The notes under the pieces: generated by a model
The model's input: only the letters and a program-made list of their open reading frames with translations
Told to the model about the DNA's origin: nothing
Databases searched by the model: none
Made by a program: the position numbers and the translations under genes
Shown: positions 27,936 through 37,888 of the stretch, in pieces
How the letters are laid out: each line of letters begins with the position of its first letter
Position numbering within the stretch: the stretch's first letter is position 1
Assembly (NCBI GenBank): GCA_965215365.1
Contig: CBDCDS010000003.1
Coordinates: 2,528,001 to 2,592,000, forward strand
Length of the DNA: 64,000 nt
Source: Gammaproteobacteria bacterium
GTDB lineage: Bacteria > Pseudomonadota > Gammaproteobacteria > Eutrophobiales > Eutrophobiaceae
Direction: 5' to 3'

Positions 27936-30026
27936 TTACAGCGTAATGCGTTCCAGTGGTTGCACGGTCACTTCCGGCGTTAAGTCTTGGTAGGACAGCA
28001 CTGCCAGTTCGTACAGTTCCGTCTCAACAATTTTTCTGACGTAGCGGCGTATATCGAAGGCGGTCAGTAGCACCGGCGTATGGATTTTTTGCGACATGTC
28101 GCCCACGGCCTGCTTGACTGCGGCGACGATGCGGCGCGTGGTTTCCGGGTCCAGCGCCAGGTAATTGCCGCTGGAGGTCTGACGGATGGCGGCACGGATC
28201 TGTTCCTCCAAGTCCTGGTCGAGGATGTACGCAGCGAGCACATTCTGCACGCTGCTGTACTTGTGACTGATGTAACGCTTTAGCTCGGAACGGATGTACT
28301 CGGTCAGCAACACCACGTCTTTCTCCCGCTGTCCCCACTCGACCAGTCCCTCTAGGATCAGGCGCATATTGCGAATGGAAATGTTTTCCGCCACCACGCG
28401 CCGGAAGATGTCGGCAATAACATGTATCGGCAACACCCGCTGCGCCTCCTTGGTCAGGTTCGGCATAGTCTGTTCCGTTTGCGACAGCAGGTACTCGGTT
28501 TCCTGGATGCCGATAAAATCCTGCGCGTAGCGGGTCAGGATGTGCGACAGGTGGTAAGTGAGGATCTTGGCGCTGGTAAAGTAAGACAGGTTGAGCTTGT
28601 CAAGCAGCTGCGCATGACCCTGTTCAATCCATATCGTGCTGCGGTTGGGCAGGAACGCCTCGCCGCTCTGGTACGGGATGTCCAGCATGGCCACCTGATC
28701 CAGATTGTCGGTATAAAACAGCTTGTCCGGCAGTAATTCTCCCTGGCCTACCGGCACCTCGTTCATCAGGATCAGGTAGCGGTTGGTATCGGTGATATTT
28801 TCATTGAAACGCAGGTGGATGCCCGGAAACGGCACGCCCAGGTCCAGATACAAGGCGCGCCTGACTTTCAACAACTCGTTATTGAGTTGTTTCATGTCCA
28901 GCAGCTCCCGCAGCTGCGGCGCCATATCGATCAGCAACGGCATCACCAGGGAAAACTGCTCCTGTTCTGCCAGCGAGCCGCCGATGTTTTCATCGGTGTC
29001 GATTTTGGCTTCCGTAGTGCTGGGCATGACGCGGGACAGGTCGTCTTCATCCTGTTGTGCGCGCTCCATGCGTCGCTGCGCCAGACTGCCGATGGCTATG
29101 AGCGTGCCCGAGACCAGTAAAAATGCCACGATCGGAAATCCCGGCACCAGACCGAACAGCGCGATGATACCGCCCGCCACCAGAATCGAACGCGGCTTGC
29201 TGATAATCTGGCCGGTGATGTTATCCGCCAGATTGGCGTCATTTTCTTCGGAATCCACCCGGGTCACGATGATGCCGGCCGTCAGTGCAATCATCAACCC
29301 CGGGATCTGTTGCACCAGACCGTCGCCGATGGTGAGGATAGAGTACAGGTGCGCCGCCTCGCTTACCGACAAGCCGCGCTGCAGGATGCCGACGCTGAGC
29401 CCCCCGATCAGGTTGACGCCGATGATGATAATGCCGGCAATGGCGTCGCCCTTGACGAATTTCATGGCGCCGTCCATAGAGCCGAACATCTGGCTTTCTT
29501 TCTCCACCCGCCCGCGCCGCCGCCGCGCTTCGTCCATGTCGATGACCCCGGCGCGCATATCGCCGTCTATGCTCATTTGCTTGCCGGGCATGGCGTCCAG
29601 CGAAAAACGCGCACTGACCTCGGCCACCCGCTCGGCGCCCTTGGTGATGACGATGAACTGCACCACGGTGATGATCAGGAAGATCACCATACCGATGATC
29701 AGGTTGCCGCCCACGACAAAATTACCGAAAGTCTCGACTACCCTGCCGGCGTCCGCCTGCAGCAATATCAGGCGGGTGGTGGAGATGGCCAGAGCCAGCC
29801 GGAACAGCGTGCTGAGCAACAACACTGCGGGAAAGGCGGCAAAGTCCAGCGGCGACCCCACATACACCGACATCATCAGCAACACCATGGCAATGGTGAG
29901 GTTGATGACGATCAACATGTCGATAACGAACACCGGCAGCGGCAGGATGATCATGAAAATGATGCCCATCAGCAGCAGCGCCAGCATGATGTCATTGCGC
30001 CGTGTGAGCGCCAGCAGCTTGTTCAT
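27936..30026 (-). CDS. sctV: T3SS export gate SctV
   Basis: FHIPEP motif ITKGAERVAEVSARFSLDAMPGKQMSIDGD; start MNKLL at 30026. Confidence 0.97.
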   Translation of the reverse strand: MNKLLALTRRNDIMLALLLMGIIFMIILPLPVFVIDMLIVINLTIAMVLLMMSVYVGSPLDFAAFPAVLLLSTLFRLALAISTTRLILLQADAGRVVETFGNFVVGGNLIIGMVIFLIITVVQFIVITKGAERVAEVSARFSLDAMPGKQMSIDGDMRAGVIDMDEARRRRGRVEKESQMFGSMDGAMKFVKGDAIAGIIIIGVNLIGGLSVGILQRGLSVSEAAHLYSILTIGDGLVQQIPGLMIALTAGIIVTRVDSEENDANLADNITGQIISKPRSILVAGGIIALFGLVPGFPIVAFLLVSGTLIAIGSLAQRRMERAQQDEDDLSRVMPSTTEAKIDTDENIGGSLAEQEQFSLVMPLLIDMAPQLRELLDMKQLNNELLKVRRALYLDLGVPFPGIHLRFNENITDTNRYLILMNEVPVGQGELLPDKLFYTDNLDQVAMLDIPYQSGEAFLPNRSTIWIEQGHAQLLDKLNLSYFTSAKILTYHLSHILTRYAQDFIGIQETEYLLSQTEQTMPNLTKEAQRVLPIHVIADIFRRVVAENISIRNMRLILEGLVEWGQREKDVVLLTEYIRSELKRYISHKYSSVQNVLAAYILDQDLEEQIRAAIRQTSSGNYLALDPETTRRIVAAVKQAVGDMSQKIHTPVLLTAFDIRRYVRKIVETELYELAVLSYQDLTPEVTVQPLERITL

Positions 30027-30373
30027 TGCGTCTGCTCCAGGGCTTGTGCAAACGCATCCAGTTGGGTGCCGGCTTGTGCTTCCTGCCCCGCCGCCGCCAG
30101 GGCCTTGGCCTGGAGCAGGCGGATAATGGGGTTGGCCTGGCGGAACTGTCCGTCCAGACTGTCCAGCGCGCGTAACGCCTCTTCGTGCCGGCCACACAGG
30201 TGGTAGCAATGTCCCAGCATCAGCAACGCCTGCGCATGTCCCGGCTCATAGCACAGCAGAAATTCCAGCAGGGTCAGCGCCGACTGCGGATATTGTTGCA
30301 GCAACAGGCAGTTGGCGGTAACCATCAACCATTCAACCTGTTCCGGCTTCAGCCCGGGCAGCGCTACGGTCAT
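30023..30373 (-). CDS. sctY: SctY TPR chaperone
   Basis: TPR-like 116 aa directly upstream of sctV. Confidence 0.75.
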   Translation of the reverse strand: MTVALPGLKPEQVEWLMVTANCLLLQQYPQSALTLLEFLLCYEPGHAQALLMLGHCYHLCGRHEEALRALDSLDGQFRQANPIIRLLQAKALAAAGQEAQAGTQLDAFAQALEQTQ

Positions 30374-30750
30374 GAACTCGTCTGAATTTGACGGTTGAGG
30401 TTCAACAGGCTGACATTATCGGCAAGTTCATCCAGCAGGCGGCCCGCGCGCGCAATCACCTGCCCCTGTTCCCCGTCGGCGTCGCTAGCGGCGGCGAGGG
30501 CCTGCAGCTGTTCCAGGATATTCTGGTAATTGCCCGGGGTCAGAATGCGTTCATCACTGACCTTGAACGCCAGCGCTTCATTGATCTGCGCGTCCGATTG
30601 CCCGGTCTTGAAGATGCGCGCGAGGTAACTGGGTTGGGTGCGCCCTAAGGGGTTGATGGTTTTTTCCGGCAGTTGTTCGCCGCCCCCCTGCGAACGGTTC
30701 CAGCTGATGCTGGCAATGCCGGTACTGGCGAGATAATCAACCGAGCTCAT
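30370..30750 (-). CDS. sctX: SctX-like protein
   Basis: GIASIS, ILTPGNY, LLNLNR C-terminus; X-Y-V order. Confidence 0.65.
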   Translation of the reverse strand: MSSVDYLASTGIASISWNRSQGGGEQLPEKTINPLGRTQPSYLARIFKTGQSDAQINEALAFKVSDERILTPGNYQNILEQLQALAAASDADGEQGQVIARAGRLLDELADNVSLLNLNRQIQTSS

Positions 30751-31075
30751 TGCGGGCATCAACCTGCTTGATCAGCTTGACCAGTCCGGTCATGGCAAAC
30801 ACGTTCATCACCTGCTCACCGATGTCGGCGAACGCCAATTCGCAGCCGTCCAGCGCGGCGCTGCGGCGCACTGCGGACAGGAATACCCGAATGCCGGCGC
30901 TGCTGACAAACTCCAGCTCGCCGCAGCGGAAGATGATGCGCTGATAACCCTGGTGCAGGTGGTTATCCAGCCAGGTTTCCAGCAGGTGGGAATTGCTGGA
31001 GTCGATCCAGCCTTTCAGGAACAGTTGGCAAGCGCCAGCCTCCACCTGCTCCTGCAGTTGTAAGGTATCGTTCAC
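30737..31075 (-). CDS. STAS-domain anti-sigma factor antagonist (RsbV/BtrV-like)
   Basis: LKGWID, LEFVSSAGIRVF (phospho-Ser motif), VMNVFAMTGL. Confidence 0.9.
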   Translation of the reverse strand: MNDTLQLQEQVEAGACQLFLKGWIDSSNSHLLETWLDNHLHQGYQRIIFRCGELEFVSSAGIRVFLSAVRRSAALDGCELAFADIGEQVMNVFAMTGLVKLIKQVDARNELG

Positions 31076-31078
31076 GGG

Positions 31079-31465
31079 TCAGTGTTGTTCATCAATATTG
31101 GCATACAGCGCCAACAAGGTGTCGAGCAGGCGGCTGGCCTGGTTTTCGTTACGCCGGGGGATGCGCACCATGGTCACCAGCCGGTCCGGCGGTTTGAACG
31201 CAACATGCACCGGTGCCGGCAGATATTTGTTGATGCCGGCCGCTGCCAGCAGCGCTTGCAGTTGCGCGCCGGCCTGGAATGGCTCGGTCTTTTTCATCAG
31301 CGACAGCAGCGCCACTTCCTCCACGTCGGCGGCTTCCAGTGACAACAGATAGCTGTCATCACCGATAACCATGTTCAGCAGCCCATCCCCATCGCCTGCC
31401 ACCGGCGGCAGGTTCAGGTAGCTGCGCAGCCGGTTGCTGAGCCCCCGGCCCCAGGCGTTATTCAA
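31079..31465 (-). CDS. Putative SycN-like chaperone
   Basis: Position between sctW and sctX; small; start uncertain (TTG overlapping the sctW stop). Confidence 0.45.
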   Translation of the reverse strand: MNNAWGRGLSNRLRSYLNLPPVAGDGDGLLNMVIGDDSYLLSLEAADVEEVALLSLMKKTEPFQAGAQLQALLAAAGINKYLPAPVHVAFKPPDRLVTMVRIPRRNENQASRLLDTLLALYANIDEQH

Positions 31466-32600
31466 GTTCGGCTTCTTCACGGTCAATTTCCTGGTCAATC
31501 CGTTGCTGCACAGAGGTCAACATGCGTTCACGTTGGTTATTGTCGTCGAACAGCTTGATGGGCATTAACCGCGCAATCTCCTTGAAGCCCTGCAGGAAGT
31601 AAATACCGGGCTCGGCCGCCCTGATACCGACGTTGGCCAGGGCCTTGTCAAGCACCTTGTCACTTTGCCATTCCGCGTCTTTCAGCTCAATGGCCAAAGC
31701 CAGCATCTTGTCTGTCAGGCCATGCTCGTCCGGTGCCCTGGAATTGAACAACTGGTGACAGCGCTGCAACAGGTTTTCACAGGACTTGTGCAAGGTGTTG
31801 AGCTGCTTGACCTGGTAGAGGTCACTGACGATACCCTGTAACTTTGCCGAGCGGCTGCTGTCGCCCTGGCTGGCGTGGATGTCGGCGGACAACGATGCCA
31901 GCAGGAAAGAAATAGCCTCTGCCATAGACTTGCCGGGGAAATCGGCGGCGATCTTTTCGTAGGCGGCACCGATGGATTCATAATCCAGCACCACGTCGCG
32001 GTAGGCCGTGCGCAGCTCGTTGGGCACCCCCAGGTTGGCATATTTCGACTTCACCACCTCCGTGGAGATATTAACCCCGGCGTCGATGGCTTCGGCATGA
32101 CTCTCATAATAAGCATCCCGGGCGGCTCTGGCATTGGTCAGGGTGGCCGACCCCGGCTCTTCCTGCTCCAGCAGCTCCACCGCGAACGATAGCGCCATGA
32201 ACGCGTGGGACGGATCGTCAAAATGCTGCGCCGCCCGTTCCTGAAAGCGCCGCACGCTGAGCGGGCGCTCCTGCTGTTGCAGGTCGCGGGCCCACTCCTG
32301 AAACTGTTCCTGAGCCAGGTCTGGCACCTGCTCCAGATACTTGCGCGCCAGTTCGGCGCTCAGGGTTTTGATGCCGGCGCGCAGGTTGCGTTCGGCAATA
32401 TCTTTTTTTTGGGTGATTTCACTGAAGCTGAAGGTCATTTCCTCCAGCGAGTCGGCCAGTATTGCTGCGGGGTTGGGCAGCAGCGACACCGTCTCGCCCT
32501 TGAACTCAGAGCGGATGACCTGTTGCGCCACCGCGCCGGCAACGCCGGGCCGCGCAGCCTGCGTGCCGGCCAGCGCCGGATTGATATTGCTGCTCATCAA
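31458..32600 (-). CDS. sctW: T3SS gatekeeper SctW (YopN-TyeA fused type)
   Basis: LADSLEEMTFSFSE, FDDPSHAFMAL, IDAGVNI, LRTAYRDVV, TyeA-like FLQGFKEIARLMPIKLFDD. Confidence 0.92.
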   Translation of the reverse strand: MMSSNINPALAGTQAARPGVAGAVAQQVIRSEFKGETVSLLPNPAAILADSLEEMTFSFSEITQKKDIAERNLRAGIKTLSAELARKYLEQVPDLAQEQFQEWARDLQQQERPLSVRRFQERAAQHFDDPSHAFMALSFAVELLEQEEPGSATLTNARAARDAYYESHAEAIDAGVNISTEVVKSKYANLGVPNELRTAYRDVVLDYESIGAAYEKIAADFPGKSMAEAISFLLASLSADIHASQGDSSRSAKLQGIVSDLYQVKQLNTLHKSCENLLQRCHQLFNSRAPDEHGLTDKMLALAIELKDAEWQSDKVLDKALANVGIRAAEPGIYFLQGFKEIARLMPIKLFDDNNQRERMLTSVQQRIDQEIDREEAELE

Positions 32601-32626
32601 CGGCCTCCGCAGTCCGGATTCTCAGT

Positions 32627-33877
32627 TCAGGCCGATAGCACCCGTTCTAGGGAGGCGTTGCGCGATTGCGCAATAGCATCATAGATGTCTATCATTTTTT
32701 TAGCGTTCTCCTCGGCGGATTTGCCGTAGTCCCGCTCCCGTTCCATACTGGCCCGCTGCTCGGCAGCCGCCGCTTGGTCCTCGCGCTCCTTGGCCCGGTA
32801 TTCCGACGCGCCCATGTCCGCCGCGCCTTTGCCGCCGCTGCCGACGCCCGTGAGCCCCTGCGCCAGACCACCGGCTGCGGTCAGGCGCGCCTGACTGCTT
32901 TGCGCAGAGACGTTGGCGCGGGCATCCTTGCTGAACTGCCGCATCATTTTTTGCGTGTCATCGTCCAGCACTTTTTTATTCTGCCGGGTCTGCGTTGCTT
33001 CTTCCTCCTCCTGTTGTTCGGTGAGCTCCATTTCTGCGGTTGTTTCCCCGGCCTCCGCGCGCGCTTCGGTTGCCGCAGTCTCGCCCGATTCCACGTTTGA
33101 GGCCGCTTCTTCAACCTCCGTTTGCAGCTCCGCAGTCGTCTCGGCACCGGCCTCTTCGCTGGTCATGGAGGTCGCCTCCGGGGCGCCCTCGGCTTCCCCG
33201 GCCAGCGTGGTCTCCAGCGGGGCTGACAGCGCGCCGCCTTCCTCGGTCATGCTGCCGGCACCAGTCTCCGCAGTGGCACCCTCCACACCGGTGCTGGCGG
33301 TTTCTGCGCTGGCGCCGACGCCACCATCTGCCCCCATCGCGTACATGGCGCCGCCGACCTGCACGGCGCCGGCGCCGATAGTCATCGAAGAACTGACCAT
33401 GGCGCCGACAAACTCCAGGTGTCCGGCTTTGCGGATGTCCTCAGCTCCCTCTCGCTCTTTGGCCGCAATCGCCTTGTACTGCTCGGTATGGGCTTCTCTC
33501 GACGCCTTGGCCTGCTCGCTGTCCAGCTTCACCAGCACTTCTATTAACTCGGCATAGTTGATGCCGAAACCCGCTTCCTGCGGGCCGGGCCGGTTCACCC
33601 CCGGTGCCGTCCAGGCCGAGGACAACCCATTGACGTCAGTGCGCACATGTTCCTGCATCACTTCCAGCGCACCCCGGCCCTGCTGCTCCTGGTCAACCTG
33701 AACCGGGCCGGCAAATGCCGGCACCGGCGCGTTGCCGTCAGTCCTGATGTAAGACAGACCGTCGGCGCTGAGCACCTCCGGGTGCTGGCTCTGTGTCTGC
33801 TTGACGGCAGCGGTGTCGTGCACGGATTGCGGGTTGGGGGTGGCACCGACGACGCCGTACCTGTTGACTGTATTCAT
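32627..33877 (-). CDS. Minor translocator SctB-like (YopD/BopD/SseD-like) with acidic insertion
   Basis: Single hydrophobic/Gly-rich segment (FVGAMVSSSMTIGAGAVQVGG), C-terminal amphipathic helix (MIDIYDAIAQSRNASLERV). Confidence 0.7.
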   Translation of the reverse strand: MNTVNRYGVVGATPNPQSVHDTAAVKQTQSQHPEVLSADGLSYIRTDGNAPVPAFAGPVQVDQEQQGRGALEVMQEHVRTDVNGLSSAWTAPGVNRPGPQEAGFGINYAELIEVLVKLDSEQAKASREAHTEQYKAIAAKEREGAEDIRKAGHLEFVGAMVSSSMTIGAGAVQVGGAMYAMGADGGVGASAETASTGVEGATAETGAGSMTEEGGALSAPLETTLAGEAEGAPEATSMTSEEAGAETTAELQTEVEEAASNVESGETAATEARAEAGETTAEMELTEQQEEEEATQTRQNKKVLDDDTQKMMRQFSKDARANVSAQSSQARLTAAGGLAQGLTGVGSGGKGAADMGASEYRAKEREDQAAAAEQRASMERERDYGKSAEENAKKMIDIYDAIAQSRNASLERVLSA

Positions 33878-33996
33878 AACCGGGCTCCTGGGGGTTCCGG
33901 GGGTTGCAGAGGCGAAAATTCTATGCTACAGTAGATCGCAACATTCAAGTTTCATTGTACTGATTTTCAGGCCGGATTGCAATATGTTTCAGCTTC

Positions 33997-34149
33997 AGGT
34001 AACCCCTAAAAATACCCTCCGTGGTATTTTTAGCAACGGAAATGAAAAAGTGTGATTTTTCATTTCCTTCATTTTCAAGCACTTACGCGCTTAAAAATGG
34101 CAGCGCATCCTTGTGCTGCACGGTCACCTCTAATTAATAGAGGTGCCCT
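33997..34149 (-). repeat. Repeat family A, copy 2
   Basis: Reverse complement aligns over its full length with 5362-5515, with compensatory stem substitutions. Confidence 0.85.
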
Positions 34150-34218
34150 TCAGTATTTCAGTTTCAGGGCGTTCGGTTTTGTCAGTAACCATTTGTGGCA
34201 GGCGCCAATTTAATATTT

Positions 34219-34704
34219 ATGTCAACCGAGGCCTATTCCCTGGTAGAAGGTCTGCTGGAATACTGCGGCATTGACAGCGACGGGTTGCGCGAAGACGGTC
34301 GCGTGCTGCTGACTGTGGATTCGGAAATGGCGATATTTATCGTCGTGCAGGACGGTCTCGTGCACCTCAGCGCAGTGCTAGACGAGCTGCCCGAACAGCC
34401 CGACCTGTACCTGCGTCTGTTGACCGAGAATTTCAGAAATGTGAGCGATCCGCAGTATTATCGCTATGCGGTGGAGCCCGACAGCAAATCCCTGATCATC
34501 TGCCTGTCTTTGAACAGCACCCACTTGCAGCCGGCCAAGTTCATTGATTATTTCAAGCTGTTCCTGCAACGCATTGAACAATGGACGCGGGTTTTATACC
34601 TGAACAATGCGGATTACCTGACCCTGGATCTGGACGCCGGCACCGAGCCAGTGCCGGCGCAGCCGCCCGACCTGCAGCAGGAGCACCTGCTCAACCGTAT
34701 CTGA
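34219..34704 (+). CDS. Class I T3SS chaperone (CesT family)
   Basis: Acidic; LYLRLLTENF, FKLFLQRIEQW; upstream of a large effector candidate. Confidence 0.7.
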   Translation: MSTEAYSLVEGLLEYCGIDSDGLREDGRVLLTVDSEMAIFIVVQDGLVHLSAVLDELPEQPDLYLRLLTENFRNVSDPQYYRYAVEPDSKSLIICLSLNSTHLQPAKFIDYFKLFLQRIEQWTRVLYLNNADYLTLDLDAGTEPVPAQPPDLQQEHLLNRI

Positions 34705-34744
34705 CGAATCATGGCAACCATGGACTCGAACTGAGGTGTAACGT

Positions 34745-37207
34745 ATGCCGACAACCTCGTTGACAACACCCTATCAGGGCTTGCAAAAAGCACTCGGCGC
34801 CGGTTTTCGGCAGCGCCTGAATGAGCAGGGTGAGCTGGTGCGCAGCAATCTCTCCGGCGGGGTGAGAGGGAAACTGGTGGCCTATGCCGAAAGCGGCAGC
34901 GTCAGTCAAGGCAGCATGGCGCAACGGTTGATCAGGACGGCCGTGGGCGCGCAGCGTTACCAGACCATTGCCAGGGACTTGCAGGAAAACCGGGAGGTCA
35001 GCATTAAAAACTTTGCCGGGTTGCTCAAGCAGGACTTGCAGCTGGACCGGGAACTGGCAACACTGGTTGAGCGCAAGGTGCAGCGCAAGCTGTATAACGG
35101 ACAGATTTCAGCGCAGGCGGGCGCCGAGCTGGCCGCAGACATTACCCGCACCGTGTCACAACGCCGGCGCGACCGGCTGGAAATTGCCGAGCGGGTGATG
35201 AACCCGGAGCAATGGATGATGACCCCGGCCATGGTGACCAACACCGATGGTAATTATTCCGAGGCCTCGTGGCTGGAAGCGCGCATGGCTTACGCGCAGC
35301 TGAGCGGCGACCTGGAGTTGATGCCGCCTGCCAACATCGCCGCTACGGACACCACGGCCGGTCAGTTGCGGCGCGGCCTGCTCTCAGGTCGGGCCGACCT
35401 GATGGTGAAAGAAATGCGCAGCGTGGAACAGGCGTTGCTCAAGCCGCCGGAATTGCTGGCCAGGCAACGCCAGCTCAACGCCCTGTTGCAGACCGAAACC
35501 GCCGCCAACCCGGTGGGCGAGCGCAACGCCAACACCGGGCGACTGGCGGAACTGATGACGGCGGTGGCCGATTTGACCGCAGTGGGCCAGGAACGAGCCA
35601 CGCGCTTCAAGGAGGGCTACCTGGCCATGCTGGCCGCCATACACGATGCAGAACTGCACGGTGCACAGGGTGCCAGATTCAAACTGCCGGACACGGCCGC
35701 CGGCGACACGGTCGCACATGAACCCGAACCTTATAACCACGTCGCCCACTTCCTAGATGCCGCCGACGGCGCCGACCTGCCTGCCGCGCTGTCAGAAAAA
35801 TTGTCCGCGGCGACGCTGGAGTTATTTAATCTGGGCAAGCCGGCAGCCCCGCCCGAGGCGTTGCCTGAGTCGCCGCGCGGCGCGCGTGCAAATGCCGACC
35901 GACACCTGCGCTGGGCCGCTGAGCCGGTGCAGGTCAAAACCCATGAGTTGCGCGCCGGCGATCAGACCTACACGGCGGCGGAGAACGTATCCGGCGTCGC
36001 TGACCCAGAACTGGCCGACCTCAAGGCCTATAACCGCAGCCTGACGGACACCGGCCGCGGCAAGCTGAATTACGACCTTGATAATACCTGGGAATCCATC
36101 ACGCTGATGGAGGAGCGGGTGGCGGATGGAGAGGATATATCCCCTGCCGACGAAAAAGAACTGCTGCAGGCTTTCGGTCTGGCGCACAAAATTGTCAATG
36201 GTTACGATCGGGACAACCGGATCAAGGGCGCAACCCGGTTTCAGCGGGAATGGAGCCAGCAACCGGAGCAGGTCAGGCCGCTGCTGCAGCGGCCGCTGCT
36301 GCAGCCCGACAAAGTGCTGGATTACATTGCCAAACAGGTTTACGCAGCACCGGGTGGGGTGGCAATGAACACCGACGGCGCGCCGTTGCGCACTGCCTTG
36401 CGCGGTGCCGGCATGGAAAATGCTAGGCTGTGTCTGGGCAGCATTGCCCGCGACCCGGCGGCAGCTGATGCCGACCGGCAGCGCGCCGCCAATCTGTTAC
36501 GCACCGTATTGCAGGATGCCGTTGCCGGGCAGGGCGCGCGTCCGCCCGAAGCAGACCAACAAAACGCTTACCGGGCGGAACTGGCCGCGCTGGAACAGGA
36601 GTGGCCGGCTGAGCAAACGCTGGCCTACGGCAATCCGCAAGCCGTCGCCATCGCGCTGGACAGTTTCCGCAAAGCTATCAACCACACCCGCGTAGCGCTT
36701 GAGAATGACATAGTCAATCCGGATCGGAGCCCCGAGCAGGTTGCCGAATTCATCTCGGCTGAAGAAGGCGACCGGGCACTGAGAAGACTGCCGACGGCGT
36801 TGCAGAATATTGCCCAGGGGTTGTTGCGAGTGGAAAACCTGCCGGCCGAGAGCCTGAACGGCCCGCTTGGGCTGGGTCACGAACAGACTGTGGCCGCCTG
36901 GCGGGTGCAGTCGCAGCAACTTGAACAGCTGGCCCCTATGATCATGAATGGTCGCTACAGCGAGGATTTGCCGGCCGGCTTCAAGGATTACTGCACCTCG
37001 GGTAAGGACAATGCCTACCTGAGAATGTTGGCCGCGGCGCCGGAGCAGGATCAAGGCGTCAGAAACTGGTTGCAACAGGGCCACGCGCTGGCCGAACGCC
37101 TGTTGCAGGCGCAGGAGGGCGCTGGCAAGGGGGCGCTGCCGCTGGCTGCCGAGGAACTGAACCGGCTGCGCGCGGAGGTCGAAGCGTTTGCCAACCGGGC
37201 GGCGTAG
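34745..37207 (+). CDS. Large putative T3SS effector, unknown function
   Basis: Follows a chaperone; Thr/Ser-rich start; N-terminal similarity to 15489-16706; no recognised catalytic motif. Confidence 0.6.
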   Translation: MPTTSLTTPYQGLQKALGAGFRQRLNEQGELVRSNLSGGVRGKLVAYAESGSVSQGSMAQRLIRTAVGAQRYQTIARDLQENREVSIKNFAGLLKQDLQLDRELATLVERKVQRKLYNGQISAQAGAELAADITRTVSQRRRDRLEIAERVMNPEQWMMTPAMVTNTDGNYSEASWLEARMAYAQLSGDLELMPPANIAATDTTAGQLRRGLLSGRADLMVKEMRSVEQALLKPPELLARQRQLNALLQTETAANPVGERNANTGRLAELMTAVADLTAVGQERATRFKEGYLAMLAAIHDAELHGAQGARFKLPDTAAGDTVAHEPEPYNHVAHFLDAADGADLPAALSEKLSAATLELFNLGKPAAPPEALPESPRGARANADRHLRWAAEPVQVKTHELRAGDQTYTAAENVSGVADPELADLKAYNRSLTDTGRGKLNYDLDNTWESITLMEERVADGEDISPADEKELLQAFGLAHKIVNGYDRDNRIKGATRFQREWSQQPEQVRPLLQRPLLQPDKVLDYIAKQVYAAPGGVAMNTDGAPLRTALRGAGMENARLCLGSIARDPAAADADRQRAANLLRTVLQDAVAGQGARPPEADQQNAYRAELAALEQEWPAEQTLAYGNPQAVAIALDSFRKAINHTRVALENDIVNPDRSPEQVAEFISAEEGDRALRRLPTALQNIAQGLLRVENLPAESLNGPLGLGHEQTVAAWRVQSQQLEQLAPMIMNGRYSEDLPAGFKDYCTSGKDNAYLRMLAAAPEQDQGVRNWLQQGHALAERLLQAQEGAGKGALPLAAEELNRLRAEVEAFANRAA

Positions 37208-37242
37208 GGCAGCGGTGAGTGCTACCCCTTGCAAGGAACTGA

Positions 37243-37839
37243 TTGATGGCGATTGATACTGGCATAAGCACCCCCGCCCCGAGCCTTGACGCAGCTCAGG
37301 CGCAGGGTACGGAGACAGCTGAAAAGGCCGCGCCCGAGGCGCGCACCGCCGTTGAGACAACCACGGGTATTAACGTCAACGGCAAGCTGCTGGCGACCGA
37401 CTCCATGGTCGGGCTGTTATTTGTTCAGCGCGCCCAGGTGTTCGGTTCACTGACTGAGGATCGGCTTCAGGATGTCCAGGATAAGCTCAATCACTACAAG
37501 GAGATGAACCGGGCGCTGCAAAAGATGCGGATCAGCCGGCAGCAGGCCAAATTCCGTGGTCATTCCACCGAAATGGATCCGGAGGTAGTGGCCTTTTGCA
37601 AGGAGCATAATATCAAGCTGGATACCACAGCCCATGATACCAGACACAATGAGAGTGAGTGGAATTACAACATCAGTTCCGCCGATGGTGTGCGCCAGAA
37701 ATGGAGCGATGACTTGCGCATACTGATGACGAAATTCAAAGCACTGTTCAAAGAGCTGGATGCGTCCGTATCCGGCGCCGGCAAGGTCCAGGACAAAAGC
37801 GCCCACATCGCAAAGAATATTTTCACCGGCTGGAACTGA
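37243..37839 (+). CDS. Bsp22/EspA-like tip or filament protein, paralog 1
   Basis: LLFVQRAQ..L.ED.L..VQ.K pattern; paralogous to 38269; upstream of the translocator genes. Confidence 0.6.
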   Translation: MMAIDTGISTPAPSLDAAQAQGTETAEKAAPEARTAVETTTGINVNGKLLATDSMVGLLFVQRAQVFGSLTEDRLQDVQDKLNHYKEMNRALQKMRISRQQAKFRGHSTEMDPEVVAFCKEHNIKLDTTAHDTRHNESEWNYNISSADGVRQKWSDDLRILMTKFKALFKELDASVSGAGKVQDKSAHIAKNIFTGWN

Positions 37840-37888
37840 TACAATTCCCGATATTGATACGGCAACACCAACAGAGTGGTAAACAGCA

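Noticed and set aside
27724-27993. 89-aa ORF after the toxin gene
   Set aside because: No motif, overlaps the sctV end, atypical composition; probably intergenic or a remnant
28783-30206. Long + strand ORFs (447 aa, 298 aa) and similar antisense ORFs throughout the window
   Set aside because: Shadow frames of well-supported genes (here sctV) in GC-rich DNA
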